Origin: Candidatus Buchananbacteria bacterium
GTDB taxonomy: Bacteria; Patescibacteriota; Patescibacteriia; 2-01-FULL-39-33
Assembly (NCBI GenBank): GCA_903888345.1
Contig: CAISTG010000004.1
Coordinates: forward strand, 6,393-70,392
Length of the DNA stretch: 64,000 bases
Direction of reading: 5' to 3'
The translations under genes were made by a program, and so were the position numbers. Below are positions 18,241 to 27,469 of this stretch, piece by piece. The first letter of the stretch is position 1. Every line of letters begins with the position of its first letter. Below the pieces are notes generated by a model. The model was not told the origin of the DNA, ran no database searches, and saw only the letters and a list, made by a program, of their open reading frames with translations.

Positions 18241-19635
18241 ATGAACAAAATCAATAAAACTTCGCTCAAGGTCCTCAACTTGTTTTTGGTAGTAGTTTTT
18301 TTAGTGGTGTCTGGCTTTGGTTGCAGCTTGCAATCAGCCCAACAAACCGCTGCGATTGCGCCGATAACTCTAACTTATTGGCGTGTTTGGGATGATCAAG
18401 ATGCTTTCGATCAAGTGATTCGCGATTATCAATTAATCCATCCTAACGTTACAATTAATTACCGCAAATTTCGATATGAAGAATTTGAGGCGGAATTATT
18501 GAACGCTTTAGCCGAAGATCGCGGTCCGGATATTTTTTCTATCCCGGAAGCCTTATTAAAAAAATATCAATCGAAACTCACACCAATGCCCGCTCAGTTA
18601 AAGCTTGGTTATATTGTTGAAAAAAGTTATTTTGGCATCAAAAAAGAACAGGTAGTTGAAATTCGTACCGATAAAACACCAACCTTGCGGGAGATTAAAG
18701 ATCAATATGCGGATACGGTTTATGCCGATGCTGTTATTGATAATCAGGTTTATGGTTTGCCGCTGAGTTTGGATACCTTAGTCATGTATTACAATAAGGA
18801 CATTCTTAATCAGGCGGGGATTGCGCAGTTACCGATCGATTGGAAAACTTTTCAGGAGGACGTCGTTAAGATGACTAAGTTCGAAACGCAGAATGTTATT
18901 TTACAATCCGGCACAGCTTTGGGCACTGGTTATAATGTCGAACGAATGTTTGATATTTTATCGGTGTTAATGATGCAAAATGGCGCCATCATGGCTAATG
19001 CACAGGGTTATCCGACGTTTTTTTCGAATATTAAAGTTGGTGGCCAAACCATTAATCCGGGCTTAACAGCACTCCAGTTTTATGCTGATTTCGCCTTGCC
19101 ACTGAAACAAGTTTATAGCTGGAACAATACCATGGACAATTCTTTGTCGGCTTTTATGGCGGGCAAAGTTGGTTTTTTCTTTGGTTATAATTATCATTTA
19201 GCGCAAATTCGATCGCAATCCCGCGTTAATTTCGGTATTGCTCCATTACCACAGATTGCCGGTAATCCAGTAAAAAATTATGCCAACTATTGGTTGGAAG
19301 TGGTGTCAAAAAAATCAAAGTATCAGAACGAGGCCTGGGATTTTATTTTATTTGCTAATAAACCGGCCGAAGTTAAGAAGTATTTAGCTGAGACTAATCG
19401 ACCGACCGCACAAAAGGCGTTGATTGCCTCGCAACAAGATAGTGAAGACTTGCACGCTTCCGTTGGCCAGATTTTAACGGCTGCTACTTGGTATCGGGGA
19501 CAGGACGTTAATGCGGCTGAGTTAGCCTTTAAAGAAATGGCTGAAAGATTTTTGTTAGTCACTATTAATAGTGAAATCAGTAACGTAATGTCAGTCGCGA
19601 CTCAAAAAGTAACGCAAACGATTAATGCCCAGTAG
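18241..19635 (+). CDS. ABC transporter substrate-binding lipoprotein (family 1, sugar/oligosaccharide type)
   Basis: Signal peptide with a lipobox (VVSGFGCS). About 440-aa periplasmic-binding-protein fold. The start was set at the ATG at 18241. The listed ORF start at 18217 is a TTG only 11 nt downstream of the TGTTATAATTAA -10 at 18192-18206, and the ATG at 18241 is 35 nt downstream of it. Confidence 0.7.
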   Translation: MNKINKTSLKVLNLFLVVVFLVVSGFGCSLQSAQQTAAIAPITLTYWRVWDDQDAFDQVIRDYQLIHPNVTINYRKFRYEEFEAELLNALAEDRGPDIFSIPEALLKKYQSKLTPMPAQLKLGYIVEKSYFGIKKEQVVEIRTDKTPTLREIKDQYADTVYADAVIDNQVYGLPLSLDTLVMYYNKDILNQAGIAQLPIDWKTFQEDVVKMTKFETQNVILQSGTALGTGYNVERMFDILSVLMMQNGAIMANAQGYPTFFSNIKVGGQTINPGLTALQFYADFALPLKQVYSWNNTMDNSLSAFMAGKVGFFFGYNYHLAQIRSQSRVNFGIAPLPQIAGNPVKNYANYWLEVVSKKSKYQNEAWDFILFANKPAEVKKYLAETNRPTAQKALIASQQDSEDLHASVGQILTAATWYRGQDVNAAELAFKEMAERFLLVTINSEISNVMSVATQKVTQTINAQ

Positions 19636-19685
19636 CGATTGTCTTTTTAGTAAAATTATCGTTTTTTTGTTATAATTAAACCATT

Positions 19686-20207
19686 GTGAAAAACCAAAAA
19701 CTTCGAGCGATTGTGATGATGGTAGTTATTGTGAGCGGGCTAGCAGTAGCCGGTAATGCTTTAGCATTGGGCTACGCTTTAAAAGATGTGCCTTGCGCTC
19801 AAATTGGAACGACTGGTGCCGGTGGTTATGAAATGGCGCCGAGTTGTGGGCCCTGCGATCTAATCAGAGTCGGAGTCAATTTGACTAACATGATTATGGC
19901 AGTTAGTGGTAGTATTGCCTTACTGATGTTCGTGTTGGCGGGCGTGATGATGATTGCCTCTTTTGTTAATCCGAAATGGGTGACTACGGCTAAGGATACC
20001 GTTAAATATACTATTATTGGATTATTTCTGATTTTTAGTTCTTATACGATTGTTAATTTCGTCATCTCGGCGCTTTATGGCGGTGTCGGAGATATGGGCG
20101 TCTTACAGGGAAATTATGCCGCGATTACTGGTAAAGCCAATTGGGGCGTTTGTAGTAGTGCGAATTTAGGTACTGGTGCAGCCGGAACTCCGGCAGCGAC
20201 CAAGTAA
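19686..20207 (+). CDS. Secreted VirB2/TrbC-like pilin-domain protein, paralog 1
   Basis: Signal peptide, a Cys-containing ectodomain (CAQIGTTGAGGYEMAPSCGPCDL) and the family C-terminus of two hydrophobic helices separated by a short basic loop (AKDTVKYTIIGLFLIFSSYTIVNFVISAL). The start is GTG at 19686, and an alternative ATG lies at 19716. Confidence 0.6.
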   Translation: MKNQKLRAIVMMVVIVSGLAVAGNALALGYALKDVPCAQIGTTGAGGYEMAPSCGPCDLIRVGVNLTNMIMAVSGSIALLMFVLAGVMMIASFVNPKWVTTAKDTVKYTIIGLFLIFSSYTIVNFVISALYGGVGDMGVLQGNYAAITGKANWGVCSSANLGTGAAGTPAATK

Positions 20208-20221
20208 TTCAATTTGAAGAT

Positions 20222-20740
20222 ATGAAACTAAAATATTTTAACTTATCTATTGTATTGATGCTGTTATTTCTTGTTGTGGGTGTTTTTTCATTTATTAATA
20301 TTGCTACTGTTCAAGCAGAAACTTTAGAACAATGTTTTGATCGTTGTGTTAAAGAAAAAGGTGAGGCGACGCAAGCCGTAAATACTGCCGCGGAAGTAAA
20401 ATATCAAACCTGTATCACTGGTTGTCGAAATCCCGTGGTTGCCCCCGCTGCTTCTCAAGGTTATACTGCAGCACTAGTTGATCCTCTGGGCCTGAATAAA
20501 GCACAACCGATTGCTGATTTGGCGAAGCGTTTGATTATGACTACTCTGGGGTTAGTTGGTGTTCTGGCATTACTCGCGTTTATTTATGGCGGCGTCCTAT
20601 ATATGCTCGTTGGCGTTAAGGCTGACAATGTTAAGAAAGGTAAAGAAGTTATGAAGTGGGCAGTGGCTGGATTATTTTTAATTTTTTCCGCTTATGCTAT
20701 TTTGAATTTCTTGTTTACTACCGTGCTGGGCGTTAAATAA
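20222..20740 (+). CDS. Secreted VirB2/TrbC-like pilin-domain protein, paralog 2
   Basis: Signal peptide, 4-Cys ectodomain and a conserved C-terminus (KKGKEVMKWAVAGLFLIFSAYAILNFLFTTVLGVK). Confidence 0.65.
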   Translation: MKLKYFNLSIVLMLLFLVVGVFSFINIATVQAETLEQCFDRCVKEKGEATQAVNTAAEVKYQTCITGCRNPVVAPAASQGYTAALVDPLGLNKAQPIADLAKRLIMTTLGLVGVLALLAFIYGGVLYMLVGVKADNVKKGKEVMKWAVAGLFLIFSAYAILNFLFTTVLGVK

Positions 20741-20773
20741 TATCGGTCGCTATAATTTTATCAATTGCGCTTT

Positions 20774-21721
20774 ATGGAGAAAATTAAATTAAATATTTTA
20801 TTGGGTCTAATAGTCACTTGCGGCTTGTTGGCTATTGGGGGCGAGGTTAAAGCGGCTTGTATGTGTACTGAGGCGGGAGGGGTTTGTATGCATCATCCTT
20901 ACGTAGCGGCGCAATGTAATAGTTGTTTAAAAGCTAATGCCGCGAATTGCGCAGGTGAAATAGCGCCTGCATGTGACGAAGATAGTGGATTATGCCCTGG
21001 TTCCTTTCCGGCAGCGCAACAATGTCCTACTGTTTGTGACTACCCTGGAGGCAGCGTGCCTGACGGAACTGGTAAAGTTATAATTTGTCAGCCCACTGCC
21101 GCCTGTAAACCCACCGGAGTTGGGGTTCCAAAAACTCCGGCTAAACCAGCAACAACAAAGCCAGCAGCTAATAATTGTGATGTTTGTTATGATACTTATG
21201 GTGCTTGTATGCAGGATTCAAATAGTGCTGAATGCTTGTCTTGCGAGGCTGGTTGTTCTGCTGCAGCTACTACGGCTAATAGTTGCGATGTTTGTTATGG
21301 TGCCGGGGGAGTTTGTCAGACGGATTCTGATAGCGCTGAATGTGCGGCTTGTGCCAGTGGTTGTTCTGCGGGTGCGTCAGCGGGTGTCACACCAAGCGCT
21401 TCGACTCAGGGCAACATTGCTAACCCTAATGCTAATTCCGGTAGCGGTGTCGCCATCACCGATCCTTTAAATATAAATTCCAAAACACCGATTGCTGATC
21501 TAGCCAAAAAATTGATCAACATCATTCTTGGCTTGACTGGCGTCATAGCTTTGTTATCATTCATTTATGGTGGTGTTTTGTATATGCTCTCAGGTGTTAG
21601 TCCTGATAATGTCAAAAAAGGCAAAGAGGTTATGAAGTGGGCGGTTGCCGGTTTATTTATTATTTTTTCCAGTTATGCAATATTAAATTTCTTATTGACG
21701 ACGGTGCTGGGAGTAAAATAA
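20774..21721 (+). CDS. Secreted VirB2/TrbC-like pilin-domain protein with Cys-rich tandem-repeat ectodomain, paralog 3
   Basis: C-terminus is identical in pattern to paralog 2. The ectodomain contains two 36-aa repeats (NxCDVCY...C..DS.SAEC..C..GCSA) plus further Cys pairs. The start was set at the ATG at 20774, and the listed ORF begins with TTG at 20765. Confidence 0.65.
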   Translation: MEKIKLNILLGLIVTCGLLAIGGEVKAACMCTEAGGVCMHHPYVAAQCNSCLKANAANCAGEIAPACDEDSGLCPGSFPAAQQCPTVCDYPGGSVPDGTGKVIICQPTAACKPTGVGVPKTPAKPATTKPAANNCDVCYDTYGACMQDSNSAECLSCEAGCSAAATTANSCDVCYGAGGVCQTDSDSAECAACASGCSAGASAGVTPSASTQGNIANPNANSGSGVAITDPLNINSKTPIADLAKKLINIILGLTGVIALLSFIYGGVLYMLSGVSPDNVKKGKEVMKWAVAGLFIIFSSYAILNFLLTTVLGVK

Positions 21722-21803
21722 GTTTATTAATAAAAAATATTGTTGCTAATATAACAATATCCAAATCTCCTCTTGTAGGGGAACCAGGAAAGGGGGTGAC
21801 AAC

Positions 21804-22193
21804 ATGAAAAAAACAACTAAATACGCTTGCGCTAGTTTATTAACTTTGGGAACTGTAGCTTTAGTCGGTACTCCAGCTTTGGCGGCCGTCATCAGCGGTG
21901 TCCCAACTTTATCATCGATTAATTCTGCCAATGGTAGTGCCGTTTTCGGCTCTGCTACTTTGAGCGAAATTATTTCCGGTGTTATCAGCGTTATTCTAGC
22001 TTTCTTAGGCGTTATCACTGTCTTAATCATCCTGTGGGGAGGTTTCATTTGGATGACTGCTGGTGGCGAACCGGACAAGGTAGAAAAAGCCAAAAAAATG
22101 ATTTATTCCGGTATTATCGGCTTAATTATCATTTTTGCCGCCTACGCTATCGCTAATTTCGTAATGAGTGCTATCCAGGGAGTAACTAAATAG
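21804..22193 (+). CDS. Secreted VirB2/TrbC-like pilin-domain protein, paralog 4
   Basis: Signal peptide followed by WGGFIWMTAGGEPDKVEKAKKMIYSGIIGLIIIFAAYAIANFV. Confidence 0.65.
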   Translation: MKKTTKYACASLLTLGTVALVGTPALAAVISGVPTLSSINSANGSAVFGSATLSEIISGVISVILAFLGVITVLIILWGGFIWMTAGGEPDKVEKAKKMIYSGIIGLIIIFAAYAIANFVMSAIQGVTK

Positions 22194-22263
22194 TTATTTT
22201 ATTTCTTCTCTCGGGGATTGATCATGGTGTTCAATCCCCGGTTCGAGAAGAGCAATCAATATT

Positions 22264-22698
22264 ATGTCCATGAATAAAAAATACTTATCGTTAGTCATTG
22301 TTTCTTTGATTTTTTGTCCGTTGGCTGTTTCGGCTACCGGTGTGCTTACCGGCTTAAATAATACTGCCGCGGGAACTGGCTTGGATGCCAATAAAGACTT
22401 AATTACTTTTGTCGGAAAAATCATCGGTGTTATTTTGGGTCTCTTAGGCGCGGTGCTAGTTGTTATTCTGATTTATGCTGGAATTATGTGGGGTTTCTTA
22501 GCGCGTGGTGATAATACTCAAATTAAAAAAGCTAAAGAAATGATTATTAATGCAGTGATCGGACTGGCGATTGTCTTAGCCGCTTATGCGATTACCACTT
22601 TCGTGTTTACTAGTCTCAACAACGCTTTAGTTAATAATGTTAAGACGGCTAATCCGAACGTTAACTCGAATAATCCGGGTCAGTATTCGGCACAATAA
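22264..22698 (+). CDS. Secreted VirB2/TrbC-like pilin-domain protein, paralog 5
   Basis: Signal peptide followed by IYAGIMWGFLARGDNTQIKKAKEMIINAVIGLAIVLAAYAITTFV. Confidence 0.65.
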   Translation: MSMNKKYLSLVIVSLIFCPLAVSATGVLTGLNNTAAGTGLDANKDLITFVGKIIGVILGLLGAVLVVILIYAGIMWGFLARGDNTQIKKAKEMIINAVIGLAIVLAAYAITTFVFTSLNNALVNNVKTANPNVNSNNPGQYSAQ

Positions 22699-22740
22699 TT
22701 TAAAAATTAATTTATATTAAATAAAATAACAAATAAAATT

Positions 22741-23169
22741 ATGAACAGATCAATTGCCAAACTTGGCAAACAAGCAGCCGCCCTCGCGGCAACAATCGGT
22801 GCCTGCGCACTGCCGATGATGGCAGCGGCAGAAATTAAGTATTCCACTAACCTTAATAGTTTGGCTGGAGCTGCTGGCATTAGTACTGGTGGTAACAACA
22901 GTTTAGTACAGATTATCGGCGCGTTAATTGGTACCGTTTTGGTGCTACTCGGCGTGTTGTTGGTGGTGTTTATCTTATGGGCTGGTTTCATTTGGATGAC
23001 CTCTCAAGGTGAAGCAGGAAAGACCAAGAAAGCTAAGGATATGATTTATCAATCAATCATTGGTTTACTGATTATTTTTGCTGCTTATGCTATTACCAAT
23101 TTCGTTTTCTCGGCTTTGACTCATGTAGTTAATACCGGTTCAGCTTATACTGGTACGGGACAACAATAA
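22741..23169 (+). CDS. Secreted VirB2/TrbC-like pilin-domain protein, paralog 6
   Basis: Signal peptide followed by WAGFIWMTSQGEAGKTKKAKDMIYQSIIGLLIIFAAYAITNFV. Confidence 0.65.
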   Translation: MNRSIAKLGKQAAALAATIGACALPMMAAAEIKYSTNLNSLAGAAGISTGGNNSLVQIIGALIGTVLVLLGVLLVVFILWAGFIWMTSQGEAGKTKKAKDMIYQSIIGLLIIFAAYAITNFVFSALTHVVNTGSAYTGTGQQ

Positions 23170-23182
23170 ACTTCCTAAAAAT

Positions 23183-23217
23183 TAAAAGACGTCAGCGGCA
23201 AGCTGGCGTCTTTTTTT
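23183..23217. terminator. Bidirectional terminator between the pilin-like array and pgi/pmi
   Basis: AGACGTCAGC-ggcaa-GCTGGCGTCT hairpin flanked by an A-run and a T-run. Confidence 0.75.
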
Positions 23218-23224
23218 GAGTAAA

Positions 23225-24292
23225 TTATTTTTCTAATTCTTTTTTGAAGAAGTTCACCCAAGGAATTTTGGCAGGATTAACTTGGTTGAGCATGGCTAAA
23301 TAAAAACTGAGCCAGCCGCCATAAGCTAAGACTTCTAGGGTCTGAGTGAGGCTATCAGTGGCGGCGGTTTTGATCAAGTAGCTCTTAATGCCTTGGCGGT
23401 CTAAGACTTTTTTGGTGGCAGCAAAACGTTTGATAATTCTCGGGTCGTAAGTAGCGGCAACAAGAAAAATAAAGCAGGTATCTCGGGTAATTTTTTTGGG
23501 GTTAGCAAGAGCTTCAAGAAAATGATGATTAAGCTCCGGGATTTTATAAGGGCTCGCCAATTGTTTAGCACTCTCATTGATTTGGTTGGCTAAAATATGG
23601 GCGTTAGCTGATAGATTTTCTGCACCTAAAAGATAAATATTTTGACCATAAACTTCTTGAGCGAGTAATTTAGAAAAATTATGTTTAGTTGGTATGGTTG
23701 GCAATAATTCATAACCGAGATTGACCAGGGTCGTCGCTGTAGTTAGGAGTTGTTTCTCGGTGAGCTTAATAAATTTTAGTTGGCTAAAAATATAGAGAAC
23801 AGTACCGAGTTGTGAGCCAACATCATAACGTGGTTGGCCAGAAGGATTAAGACTGGGGTTTAATTTAAAGAAAATCGATTTTGATTTTTTGGCGAGTCGT
23901 TCTAATTGGCCGCCACCAGAGATAACAATAATTTTAGCCTTTAGTTTGTTGGCCTGGGTTAAACACGATAACATTTCTTCGGTGTTACCAGAGTAACTGT
24001 CAACAATCACTAAACTGTCCTGGCCAACAAAAGCTGGCAGATTATAATTACGCACCAGTACGAAGGGCACCTTAAGCTGAGAACCAAAAGCACGCTTGAT
24101 TAATTCGGAGGCGAGATTGGAGCCACCCATACCGCAAAAAACGATATTTTTGGCTTTAGCCAAAGTTGGCGGTAATTTGATTTTCTTGCTTTCATTGTAA
24201 GAATTAATCAATTGTTTCGGCAGATTAGCAATCGAGGCGGCGACATTATTCTGATCTAATTTTTTGATGGCAGCTTGATTATCGAGATTCAT
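23225..24292 (-). CDS. Bifunctional phosphoglucose/phosphomannose isomerase (SIS domain, archaeal type)
   Basis: 355 aa with SIS-domain motifs (VFCGMGGSNLASEL and VISGGGQ). Confidence 0.7.
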   Translation of the reverse strand: MNLDNQAAIKKLDQNNVAASIANLPKQLINSYNESKKIKLPPTLAKAKNIVFCGMGGSNLASELIKRAFGSQLKVPFVLVRNYNLPAFVGQDSLVIVDSYSGNTEEMLSCLTQANKLKAKIIVISGGGQLERLAKKSKSIFFKLNPSLNPSGQPRYDVGSQLGTVLYIFSQLKFIKLTEKQLLTTATTLVNLGYELLPTIPTKHNFSKLLAQEVYGQNIYLLGAENLSANAHILANQINESAKQLASPYKIPELNHHFLEALANPKKITRDTCFIFLVAATYDPRIIKRFAATKKVLDRQGIKSYLIKTAATDSLTQTLEVLAYGGWLSFYLAMLNQVNPAKIPWVNFFKKELEK

Positions 24293-24321
24293 ATATATAA
24301 TTAAGTAGTTATGTTTTTTTT

Positions 24322-24418
24322 GTTCCCAGTACCCGTCCCCGCCTTGCGACCATTAGAATCCGCCGCGGCGGATTGTGCCAATTGACCTAGATTCCGGGTC
24401 AAGCCCGGAATGACGGAT
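24322..24418. repeat. Intergenic repeat copy (TTGTTCCC..CCGTCCCCG box + ATCCGCCGCGGCGGAT palindrome + hairpin-GAATGACG)
   Basis: Shares blocks with 16085-16312, 408-428 and 43455-43484. Confidence 0.6.
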
Positions 24419-24493
24419 AGAGAAAATACGGATTACTATCATAATCTTATTATAGCAGACAAAGGCTTGACTTAAAAGCGTATTTTAGATAAG

Positions 24494-25459
24494 ATGAAAG
24501 ACTTGATTATGAATAATACTTTTACCGAAATTGACCAATTATTGTTGCGCTCGCAGCGGATTCTGCTGATCGGCCATCAACGCCCTGACGAAGACACGCT
24601 CGGGTCGGTTTTAAGTTTCTATATTTATTTGAAATTACTGGGTAAAGAAGTCAAAATGTATTTCAATGACCCAGCCCCGTCCTATCTGTTCTTTATGCCG
24701 GAAATCGATCAAATTTCTACGGACCAGCAGTTGTTTGCTGAGCGCTATGATTTGTATGTATTCTTGGATTGTGGCTCAATTAGCAATACGCGTTTAAGTG
24801 AAGTTGTAATCCAGGGTCAGACGGTTTTAAATATTGACCATCATGCCTCTAATACTAATTATGGGACTGTTAATTATGTTAACACTAAGGCGAGCTCGAC
24901 TTGCGAGATTGTTTATAATTTTTTTATGGCCATTGGATTTAAAGTGGACAAAAAAATTGCTACCTGTTTGTTAGCGGGAATATTGGGCGACACCTCTGGC
25001 TTTATCCATTCTACTACCCAAGCCGAAACGATTAAGATTGCATCCGAATTGATAAAAACTGGCATCAAGATTCATCAAATCTTTAATTTCGTTGTCCGCA
25101 ACAAAACCATTGACGGTTTGCGGTTGTGGGGAGAAATCTTGTCGCGCTTACGGGTCAATACGGAACTAAATATTGCCTATTCTTGGATTAAGGATACTGA
25201 CTTTGCTGATTTTCGTGTCCAAGAGGATGAACTTGATGGCATTGCTAACTTTTTAAATGCGATTGTTGACGTCAATGCGACGGCTTTATTCCGAATCAGT
25301 GACCAGCGGATTAAGGCTAGCTGGCGTACTAAGCGCGATGATATCGACTTGTCAAAATTTTGCGGTCTCTTTGGTGGCGGGGGACACAAAAAGGCCTCCG
25401 GTTTCACTTTGGACTTAAAAGTAGTCGAACAAGATGGTGGTCTCGCTGTCGCCGGTTGA
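24494..25459 (+). CDS. DHH/DHHA1 family phosphoesterase (NrnA-like oligoribonuclease/pAp phosphatase)
   Basis: Motifs DHH (NIDHHASN), GHQRPDEDTLGS and a GGGH segment in DHHA1. A TTGACT-17-TAAGAT promoter at about 24463-24493 abuts the first ATG, so the true start may be the ATG at 24509. Confidence 0.75.
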   Translation: MKDLIMNNTFTEIDQLLLRSQRILLIGHQRPDEDTLGSVLSFYIYLKLLGKEVKMYFNDPAPSYLFFMPEIDQISTDQQLFAERYDLYVFLDCGSISNTRLSEVVIQGQTVLNIDHHASNTNYGTVNYVNTKASSTCEIVYNFFMAIGFKVDKKIATCLLAGILGDTSGFIHSTTQAETIKIASELIKTGIKIHQIFNFVVRNKTIDGLRLWGEILSRLRVNTELNIAYSWIKDTDFADFRVQEDELDGIANFLNAIVDVNATALFRISDQRIKASWRTKRDDIDLSKFCGLFGGGGHKKASGFTLDLKVVEQDGGLAVAG

Positions 25460-25491
25460 TAATTCCGCTCCAAGTGCTAGAATAAAGGCAT

Positions 25492-27360
25492 ATGGAAAAG
25501 ATTTTGGCTAAATTAGTTAGTCTCTCGGATTATTATCTCGAGATTTATCATCGGCGAGTTGTTCAGCCGCTCAGTTGTTTTAATTCATGGCAAAATTGGC
25601 TCTCCTTTTCTGCTATATTATTTTTCGTAATTTGGGTCAATATCTGCTTAGTTATTATGGCGGTGTTTTCACGTAATTGGTTCCTCGAATTATTTAAATG
25701 GAGCCAATTTTTTTGTTTGGTCTTGTTGGTTTACTTGCTGCTGAGCCTCATTAATAGAAAGCTGTCGTTGTTGGTGGTTGGTATTGTCATCTTTTTTTAT
25801 GGATTACTGATAACCTACTTTGCTCGGACTTATACGCATCTGACCTATGTGTTTATTACCCGCAATGTTGCGGACATTGAGAGCGTAAAAAGTTATCTGG
25901 CCTGGCCTTTGGTGCTAGTAGTGTTAGCTAGCTTCAGCGCCGTGTTAGCGCTGCATAAATTTAGTCGGCCCTTATGGCGCCAAAAAACCGCGCGTTGGTT
26001 TATTATACTGCTGGCGGCCTCGGGATTTTTCTTGCCGTTTGATTGGCGCAATGAACTGGTGGTGTTCGCGCAAACCGCCTATAATCATAGTCCGATTGTT
26101 GAACAGTATCAAACTTTTTATCAACAATTATTAAAAACCTCGGCTCAGAACAAGGCCGCTAATTTAAGCGAGTGGCAGAAAATTGCCACCCAACCAGTTC
26201 CGAGCTATTTAGACAATATTATATTTTTACATTTAGAAAGTTTTAACGGTCAGTTAGTTTCTGCCAGTATTACTCCGAATTTTTATGATTTGGCAACGAG
26301 CAGCTATTACTTCCCACGGTTTTATGCTAATAATATCCAGACGATTTATGGTCAAGAAAATATTTTGTGTTCAATGCCTGGATCATTCTCGCCCATTCTA
26401 GTGGAGTCCGGCGAAGACAAAAATATTTTGTGTTTACCTCAGATGCTGCGAACCGCTGGTTACCGTACCTTTTTTGCTAAAGCGGGTGAACTAAGCTTTG
26501 CTCAGACGGGAAAATTCATGACTAATATTGGTTTTAGTGAAACTCATAGTGCCGACTTGATGCAGCCGGGTGATCCGAAGTATGTTATGGGCTATCGCGA
26601 GGATGTTTTTTATGCACGCGTCTTTGATTATTTACAAGCGCATCCAGCGCCGCGCAATTTAATCTATATCGCAGTTTCGGGAACCAGTCATTGGCCCTTC
26701 GAATTGCCCAAAGATATTACACCAGCTCAAACCGCCGGTTTACCATATTCGCAACCCAAGAATTTTGAAGAGCGTTTCAGTAATAATAGTTATTTGCAAG
26801 ATAGCTACTTAAAAATCGCGCTACAGCGAATTGACCAGTTATATCCGGCGCATAATTATACTTTACTAGTTGTCGGTGATCATAGTTGGCCGTTGGGACG
26901 GCATCCCAATAATGTTTTTATCGGTGCTGATTGTTATGAAGAAAACTTTACTACCGCTTTGGCGGTGCGAGTTGGTCAAGAGTCAATTTATCAACAGCGA
27001 GTCGCGAGCTCGCCTTATAGTCAAATGGATATCATCCCTAGCTTAGCGCAATTATTCGGCGTCAATTATGCTACCAGTACTTACGAGCGTTCATTTTTTG
27101 CAACGAGCACCGGAGCTGATAACAAAATCATTTCGGTGCAGCCGCTGGCTAATCAATGCCTCAATATTATTAAAGTTAAGGATAATCAGAAGTTGCGCTA
27201 TAATTTAATCAACAATCGGGCGGCTGTCTTTGACTTAAATCGTGATCCGCAAGAGCAATGGCCGCGCGAATTACCAAGTAACAGCTCAACTACCAGCGTA
27301 GAATTAGAAACCTTTCTCAATTTTACCGCAACAACCACAGTTGAAAAAATAACGAATTAA
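25492..27360 (+). CDS. LTA-synthase/sulfatase family membrane protein (alkaline-phosphatase superfamily)
   Basis: An N-terminal domain of about 5 TM helices followed by an extracellular sulfatase-like domain of about 400 aa. Confidence 0.55.
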   Translation: MEKILAKLVSLSDYYLEIYHRRVVQPLSCFNSWQNWLSFSAILFFVIWVNICLVIMAVFSRNWFLELFKWSQFFCLVLLVYLLLSLINRKLSLLVVGIVIFFYGLLITYFARTYTHLTYVFITRNVADIESVKSYLAWPLVLVVLASFSAVLALHKFSRPLWRQKTARWFIILLAASGFFLPFDWRNELVVFAQTAYNHSPIVEQYQTFYQQLLKTSAQNKAANLSEWQKIATQPVPSYLDNIIFLHLESFNGQLVSASITPNFYDLATSSYYFPRFYANNIQTIYGQENILCSMPGSFSPILVESGEDKNILCLPQMLRTAGYRTFFAKAGELSFAQTGKFMTNIGFSETHSADLMQPGDPKYVMGYREDVFYARVFDYLQAHPAPRNLIYIAVSGTSHWPFELPKDITPAQTAGLPYSQPKNFEERFSNNSYLQDSYLKIALQRIDQLYPAHNYTLLVVGDHSWPLGRHPNNVFIGADCYEENFTTALAVRVGQESIYQQRVASSPYSQMDIIPSLAQLFGVNYATSTYERSFFATSTGADNKIISVQPLANQCLNIIKVKDNQKLRYNLINNRAAVFDLNRDPQEQWPRELPSNSSTTSVELETFLNFTATTTVEKITN

Positions 27361-27391
27361 TGCTAGGATAGAAACGTTCTCAACTCCCAAC

Positions 27392-27468
27392 TTTAAACAC
27401 TTTCCACTTTTAACTTTCTAACTTCCCCCTTTAAACTTTCCACTTTTAACTTTCTAACTACCCCCCCA
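27392..27468 (+). repeat. About 35-bp direct tandem repeat (x2) immediately upstream of clpP
   Basis: TTTAAACACTTTCCACTTTTAACTTTCTAACTTCCCCC is followed by TTTAAACTTTCCACTTTTAACTTTCTAACTACCCCCCC, ending 2 nt before the clpP ATG. Confidence 0.8.
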
Positions 27469-27469
27469 T

